From: an archaeon
GTDB taxonomy: Archaea; Asgardarchaeota; Thorarchaeia; Thorarchaeales; Thorarchaeaceae
Reading direction: 5' to 3'
DNA: 32,000 nucleotides
NCBI GenBank assembly: GCA_024275415.1
Contig: JAJRZD010000005.1
Coordinates: 30,001 to 62,000, forward strand
The notes under the pieces were generated by a model. That model had not been told where the DNA came from. It saw only the letters and a program-made list of their open reading frames with translations, and did no database searches. This document shows, piece by piece, positions 27,312 to 32,000 of this stretch. The translations under genes and the position numbers were made by a program. The stretch's first letter is position 1, and every line of letters starts with the position of its first letter.

Positions 27312-27344
27312 GGTGGCGCTTACGCCACCCTCCCCTTCTTTTTT
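27312..27344 (+). terminator. Hairpin plus T-rich tract after hppA
   Basis: GGTGGCG-CTTA-CGCCACC (7-bp stem, 27312-27329) followed by CTCCCCTTCTTTTTT. Confidence 0.7.
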
Positions 27345-27498
27345 GAATTGAAATTGCATAGACAAAGGATTAATTAGGCTAATTGTTATAATGCCATTTT
27401 GATAATTGCTGGATTGCTTTGAGAAGGAGAATTTGTTGAGCCCGTTTCGGAGGAAATGGTTGCCGAGGTATTCGCTTTTTTTTCTCATTGTACTAGGC

Positions 27499-27527
27499 AA
27501 AAAAAGAGGAGCTTTGTAGCTCCTCTT
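27499..27527 (-). terminator. Perfect 10-bp hairpin followed by T7 on the minus strand
   Basis: AAGAGGAGCT-TTGT-AGCTCCTCTT (27504-27527), with an A run from 27499 into the left stem arm. Confidence 0.65.
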
Positions 27528-27567
27528 CTAGTAAATCGCTGGTTCCGCACTAGAAACTCAAATTCTT

Positions 27568-27607
27568 ACCGTTTATTGCAAGTTGTACAATCTAGGACAT
27601 CAGAGTG
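27568..27607. repeat. Dispersed 40-bp direct repeat, copy 1
   Basis: accgtttattgcaagttgtacaatctaggacatcagagtg; 33/40 identical to 28960-28999 by hand alignment. Confidence 0.7.
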
Positions 27608-27782
27608 CTGCACACCCCGACAACGGCACTGGGGACGACTCCGTGAGATCCTACGTATGTCATGGATGACCTCATCGAGTGTGTCTTGTTGGAACTATAT
27701 ACACACCTACAACAATATGTCTAGGATCGTCTAGGTTTTGTACAGCTGTTGGCAACCCACTATAACCATCTTTCATTAATGC

Positions 27783-28544
27783 TTACTCTGGCAAATCTCT
27801 GTTTGTGGGGATGGCGAGAATAATACTGAATCCTGCTCCGGCGATTGCAATTGTTTCAATGATTAGCACACTTACTGAATCCGTGAACCGTTGGTCAGCA
27901 TGTCTGAACCGGAGGGTGACTTCGAAGAAGTTATTGAATAGGATAGTATGATTCTGTTCAGTAGAAACCGAGCCGCGGTCTGAAAGGTACTCCAAAGAAA
28001 CCGCCCACATAGCTATCTCACATTTTATGAAGACGGATGTTCCATTGAACCCGGTGACATTTTCCATCGTCAGGAGATCCTCCTCTGCTGAACTCATTAT
28101 GACATGTTCGCCAATCAATGCTTCTGCAAGGGGAGTGGAAAATCTCCATGTGAAGAATTGGTTTCCCATGGTAACCTCATATCCCGTGCGTAGATACAGG
28201 TTCTGCGATAGCTTCTCTGGGATTTCGAAGTGGCGAGCAATCTTCAGCTCAATAGAGTCAAGGCTCTCATTCAACTCCACCCAAGCACCCTGTGAGAAAG
28301 TGGGCATTGTGATATTATACAACCCAGGAGACACCTCTTCAAGAGCACTCTGATGGAATGTATAAGGAGTCCCATTGACGATGCTGAAACTGGCAGTACT
28401 CCATATCACTCTTTTTTCTCGTATCTCGTATGATGTGTCGGACACCGAAAGTGAAAATGCGACCTGCACCCCCGCAATCAATAACAAGGCTACTATCACT
28501 ATTGTCATCTGTACCATTTTAGGACTCAGAAATTGACGGCGCAC
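27783..28544 (-). CDS. Hypothetical exported protein with N-terminal signal/TM and C-terminal TM anchor
   Basis: GTG 28544 has GGAGGA 6 nt upstream and gives MRRQFLSPK plus a hydrophobic stretch (the track start is TTG 28562). NxS/T sequons occur in the middle. C-terminal segment: VLIIETIAIAGAGFSIILAI. Confidence 0.75.
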   Translation of the reverse strand: MRRQFLSPKMVQMTIVIVALLLIAGVQVAFSLSVSDTSYEIREKRVIWSTASFSIVNGTPYTFHQSALEEVSPGLYNITMPTFSQGAWVELNESLDSIELKIARHFEIPEKLSQNLYLRTGYEVTMGNQFFTWRFSTPLAEALIGEHVIMSSAEEDLLTMENVTGFNGTSVFIKCEIAMWAVSLEYLSDRGSVSTEQNHTILFNNFFEVTLRFRHADQRFTDSVSVLIIETIAIAGAGFSIILAIPTNRDLPE

Positions 28545-28734
28545 TTCATATCCTCCATGCAACCTTTATGTTTGAGAAAATTAAAACCTATGTCTGCACG
28601 CTGCAGTTTCTTGCATCGCGTGGAACGGAATCAGATGTAGATATCTCAGAGTTTGAATATGGGCCAGTGAATGGATATCTCGTCTTTAACTCAGGAATTG
28701 AGATATCACAAAATATTATTCGATTCAGCTGTAA

Positions 28735-28909
28735 ATGACATGTATGAAATGCCCCTTTTTCAAGTCAAATTGTTTAGAAAAAGAGTGTGCTCTTTGGATC
28801 GTCAAAGATGATTTGGTACATTGTACTATTTGGTAGAAAGGCAAGAGCAAAGCGTATTGCAGGTGATGGCATATGCGCAATAAAATTCGGCGCGATAATC
28901 TATGGATAA
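28735..28909 (+). pseudogene. Small Cys-rich ORF, either 33 aa as written or 57 aa if one extra T is removed
   Basis: ATG 28735 gives MTCMKCPFFKSNCLEKECALWIVKDDLVHCTIW* (TAG 28834-28836). The +1 frame from 28832 continues GRKARAKRIAGDGICAIKFGAIIYG* (TAA 28907-28909). Confidence 0.45.
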
Positions 28910-28959
28910 TATCACTCTGAGATATGCTCGGGCAATGCCAGATTCTATTTGATAGTTCC

Positions 28960-28999
28960 ACTGTTCATTGTAAGTTGTACAAACTTGTACACCAGAGTG
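28960..28999. repeat. Dispersed 40-bp direct repeat, copy 2
   Basis: actgttcattgtaagttgtacaaacttgtacaccagagtg; 33/40 identical to 27568-27607. Confidence 0.7.
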
Positions 29000-29419
29000 T
29001 ACAAGAGTCCAGTTTCTACGCAGCTGTATGACACCCATATCACAGATGCCTGTGACTACCAGCGAAACATCTGAGGTAGGGCCCGTTCCGGCAGAAAGAG
29101 TTGTAGGTATTCGCGTGGTTAGGAGGGGAGATTTAGCCACCCCCTTAGAGAAGGGAGTGTTTTCGTATCCGAAACGGAACCCTGTGTTTTACTTGAATCA
29201 GGGTATTATAATACTTCTCTTTGATGCAGAAATGAACTGATAGACAGTCATCTCATTGTTTAGAGAATCATTTCGGAAAATCGACCTGATTCTCTTCCTG
29301 TCGAAAGGTCTTGAAATCAAAGAACAGATCCAGATGCATCGATTCTGTGTGGTAAGTCGTTTGTAATGATATTAAAGAGAGTATCCACTAGTTAAAGGGA
29401 GAAATGCCGAATTGGCACT

Positions 29420-29779
29420 CTAATATCCCCATTCTTGTCCTAACCGCTGGCGATACCAGCGTTGTCCCTTCTTAGTCAAAGAGTATTTGCCCATGATTTC
29501 TTGAAGAAGACCCATATTCATCATATTTTGAACCACCGTGAACAGTGATGCGTCAGAGGCGCCAGTTGATTTCTTTAGGCTCTGGAAATCCATCTTACCT
29601 TCACGCTTCAGAACCTGGGCCACATCAAATTTCCCTGTAGATCTTGTTTCTTCCCTGATGATGATATGACCGCAATTTGTGCAGATCATATCGCCTTTGT
29701 GGTCGTCACGGGCAACTTCCTTCGCTCCGCAGATTGGACAGGTTGTCTTTGAGAATCTAAGTGAACGTCGGTGTGACAT
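29420..29779 (-). CDS. TFIIB-type zinc ribbon fused to a winged-helix domain
   Basis: CPICGAKEVARDDHKGDMICTNCGHII, then VAQVLKREGKMDFQSLKKSTGASDASLFTVVQNMMNMGLL...YSLTKKG. Confidence 0.85.
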   Translation of the reverse strand: MSHRRSLRFSKTTCPICGAKEVARDDHKGDMICTNCGHIIIREETRSTGKFDVAQVLKREGKMDFQSLKKSTGASDASLFTVVQNMMNMGLLQEIMGKYSLTKKGQRWYRQRLGQEWGY

Positions 29780-29844
29780 AATTAACGACCTACTGCGAGT
29801 CGCGATTTGTCCTTGATAAAACTAACGAAGTGACGGAATGATAC

Positions 29845-30357
29845 TCAGCTGTCCGGTTCTGTTTCTGCTAGCCTCCTGAAGAAAGTTTCGTAGTCTATCT
29901 CGAACGCAACACGATTCCCGGGTCGTGCTTTTCCTCCTCTGCTGTCAAGTTCGATGTAACCCATGTCGCTCAATTCTCTGAGGTCTGTGAGGACACTCCT
30001 TCTGGCTTTTCTCCTGAACTGCCGGATACGGTCGATGCTCACCCAATCGCCTTCTTGGTATGCAAGTGTGATAACGACAAGCAATGTTGCTGCCAACCTG
30101 TCTGGCAACGGTGAGTCTTTCAAGATGAGATCACTGCTTGTGTCAGTGTCCAAGTAAAACACATGGCTTACCGGATTGTGCCGGATCACGAGTCCTACAG
30201 GAGCGATTCTGCGATGCAGCTCTGACAACCTCTGAAAGAGGACATGCCTGCCTGCATCTTCTGGTAACCCTAACGCATCAAGCATATCATCTACTCCAGC
30301 ACCTATCGGATTGCCGGTTCGTGTAAGCAACCTCATGAGGACAGAATACTCGTTCAT
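29845..30357 (-). CDS. KITE-family tandem winged-helix protein (ScpB/Nse1/Nse3-like)
   Basis: Two wHTH units: LSELHRRIAPVGLVI...FYL and LAATLLVVITLAY...LRELSDMGYIE...GNRVAFEI. It lies directly after the kleisin. ATG 30357; GTG 30360 is an alternative start. Confidence 0.75.
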   Translation of the reverse strand: MNEYSVLMRLLTRTGNPIGAGVDDMLDALGLPEDAGRHVLFQRLSELHRRIAPVGLVIRHNPVSHVFYLDTDTSSDLILKDSPLPDRLAATLLVVITLAYQEGDWVSIDRIRQFRRKARRSVLTDLRELSDMGYIELDSRGGKARPGNRVAFEIDYETFFRRLAETEPDS

Positions 30358-30375
30358 CACGTATCTCTCTCTTCT

Positions 30376-31017
30376 TTATCTGCGCAGTATCTCATTCTCA
30401 TCCCTAAAGTATTCCACATCACCTCTGGAGATGAGCACTACGATGTATAGGAAGTGTCTGAGGAAAAGGTCGAAATCCTTTGCGTCTATAATGTCAGCAA
30501 TCGGTATACGTTTCTTTCTTGGGATTTTCTTCAGGTAGCGCCGCAGGTCTTCAAGGAACACAGAGTCCTCTGAAACGAACTTGAAGTCATCAGGAAGTCC
30601 GCTCAACTCTGGTATCTTTTCTTCCGTGGCCACCCTTGAGAGTGCATCTAAATGCTGCATCACTCGACTGAGTGACTCTGTAAGTGAGCTGTGACTCAGA
30701 CGGGTCATCTTCAGAGGTTGCTTGTATGCTATCAACTTGCTGACCTGACGAGGTTTGAGTTCCTTCAACCGGCTCACGTAAATCTCTGGTGCTGATAGGA
30801 TCCTTGCCAATTCCTGCACGCGGCTAATTTTAACACCGAGAAGGTCGTTCAGCATCTCGTCAATATCGAGTTTCGGTTTGACATCAGCAGCCAACGCTCG
30901 TAGGTCATGATATGCCTCTGAGAGTCCGATGTCAAGAGGATCCATCTCTCCCTTTTCAACTGCACGAACGACCTTTTGTATCTTTGAGAGGAGTTCTTTG
31001 GAACCTGCCATCATCAT
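30376..31017 (-). CDS. scpA: Kleisin (ScpA/Nse4-like)
   Basis: N-terminal GEMDPLDIGL motif (ScpA DPWDI-like) and C-terminal winged helix FLRHFLYIVVLISRGDVEY. It starts 5 nt after the SMC stop. Confidence 0.8.
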   Translation of the reverse strand: MMMAGSKELLSKIQKVVRAVEKGEMDPLDIGLSEAYHDLRALAADVKPKLDIDEMLNDLLGVKISRVQELARILSAPEIYVSRLKELKPRQVSKLIAYKQPLKMTRLSHSSLTESLSRVMQHLDALSRVATEEKIPELSGLPDDFKFVSEDSVFLEDLRRYLKKIPRKKRIPIADIIDAKDFDLFLRHFLYIVVLISRGDVEYFRDENEILRR

Positions 31018-31022
31018 ACCTT

Positions 31023-32000
31023 CTATTGTCCTTCAAACACAGGGCTCTCGACCACCACTGACGGTTCTGTTCCGCCAGGTGATACCACACCCAACCGCTT
31101 GTCAGCATGTCTGAGCAGATGCGTACTTTTCGCTGGAGTAAATAGGATGAACTGGCTCCGTCGAGACGCATCATGAAGTAAGCGGCTCACCATCTCTGTA
31201 TTCGTAGCGTCCAAGAATGTATCAATCTCGTCCATTGCATATACCGGCGCGGGATTGAATCTCTGTAGCGCCAAGATGAGCCCGATGGCGATGAGTGAGC
31301 GTTCGCCACCAGAGCCAGAGCTGAGATTCCTGAACTCTTCCCCTCTTATCTTAGTCTTGAAGTCAACTCCATAGTCTTTGCTGGCCATATCTAATTGAAA
31401 CTTCACCTTGCCTGAGAACTTGACCGAACTCAGGATTCTGTTTTCCTCCTCCTCTACCTTGAGCAGCACCTCATTCATACCGTTACGGTACTGTATTTTT
31501 ATTTCTTTGACAGTCGTTTCTGCTTATTTCAGCTCCTGCCTGATATCTTCGAGTTTTTCATCAAGCTCTGAGAGCCGGTCGCGGAGTTGGCTTTCAGTAT
31601 GAGCAATAGTTTCAGTGACATCCCTGTATTCGTCCAATTGGTGTCGTACTCGTAGCAGCTCTTCTCTGACGACTTCTATAGGTCTTACCCTCTTTGGTCG
31701 CTTGGTCTTCTTCAGCTGCTCCTCGATTACTGCCTTCTGGTGAACGAACGCATCGTGCTGCCGTTTTGCCTGCACCACTTGGATCCTGCTGTTCTTGACC
31801 TGAAGATTAAGTTCTAGCAGACGACCACTAAGTTCTCGTATCATCTCACGGATATCAGCTTGCTGTCCTACAAGTTCAGTATATTTGCTGTTGGTTTTTT
31901 CAAGTCCTTCTTTCAAGGTTTCTAACGTTTCTACGATTGTCGTGCCTTCAGTCCTCACAGAGGATATCTCTTCCCGAAGGTCTGTGACTCTTTCTGAAAG
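31023..32000 (-). CDS. smc: SMC-family ATPase, C-terminal part (coiled coil + head), running off the right edge and interrupted by one in-frame TAA at 31524-31526
   Basis: Track ORFs 31524-31958 and 31023-31478 share a frame, joined by *AETTVKEIKIQYRNG. The frame stays open to nt 32000. Head motifs: SGGERSL, ALQRFNPAPVYAMDEIDTFLD, QFILFTPAK. Confidence 0.92.

Noticed and set aside
28826-29240. ORFs 28826-29140 (-), 28725-28961 (-) and 29028-29240 (+)
   Set aside because: No recognisable domain; they overlap each other, the repeat and the better-supported Cys-rich micro-ORF.
27540-29420. Replication origin (ORB-like GTTCC...GAAAC at ~27542 and GTTCCACTG at ~28955, AT-rich gap)
   Set aside because: The matches are partial and lack the G-string, and no orc1/cdc6 gene is in the window.
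31524-31526. Genome-wide reassignment of TAA
   Set aside because: TAA terminates four genes in the window, including ubiX and zpr1 at their normal family lengths.
1-32000. CRISPR array, rRNA, SRP or RNase P RNA, IS element, diversity-generating retroelement
   Set aside because: I saw no regularly spaced repeats, diagnostic RNA motifs, transposase, reverse transcriptase, or adenine-specific TR/VR pair; mismatches in the 40-bp repeat are not adenine-specific.

Overview
Gene-dense archaeal window. Gene content (longin-domain proteins, a coatomer-appendage-like protein, ZPR1, an SMC-kleisin-KITE operon) points to an Asgard archaeon, most plausibly Thorarchaeia; this is inference, as no marker gene is present. 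Housekeeping genes are a nitrilase-family hydrolase, porD-porA-porB (no gamma subunit here), ubiX, DUF2070, a PadR regulator with a heterodimeric ABC exporter, ZPR1, tRNA-Ala(UGC) and a K+-independent H+-pyrophosphatase. Five loci stand out. (1) A 758-aa protein with eight exactly spaced CxxC-x21-C-x2/3-H zinc fingers fused to what looks like a complete beta-COP/adaptin appendage (sandwich plus platform). (2) A ~1770-aa single-pass surface protein with Ig-like repeats, a TM helix and a cytoplasmic longin plus winged helix; its ectodomain DNA is clearly GC-richer than both ends of the same ORF. (3) A soluble longin plus tandem winged-helix protein resembling NPRL2, directly upstream of a 7-8 TM gene. 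(4) An Smc5/6-flavoured SMC-kleisin-KITE operon followed by a TFIIB-zinc-ribbon/winged-helix gene; the SMC frame carries one in-frame TAA. (5) An HD-family dNTPase homolog that has lost the canonical metal ligands. All family assignments come from reading motifs by eye against remembered consensus sequences. No database search was run.
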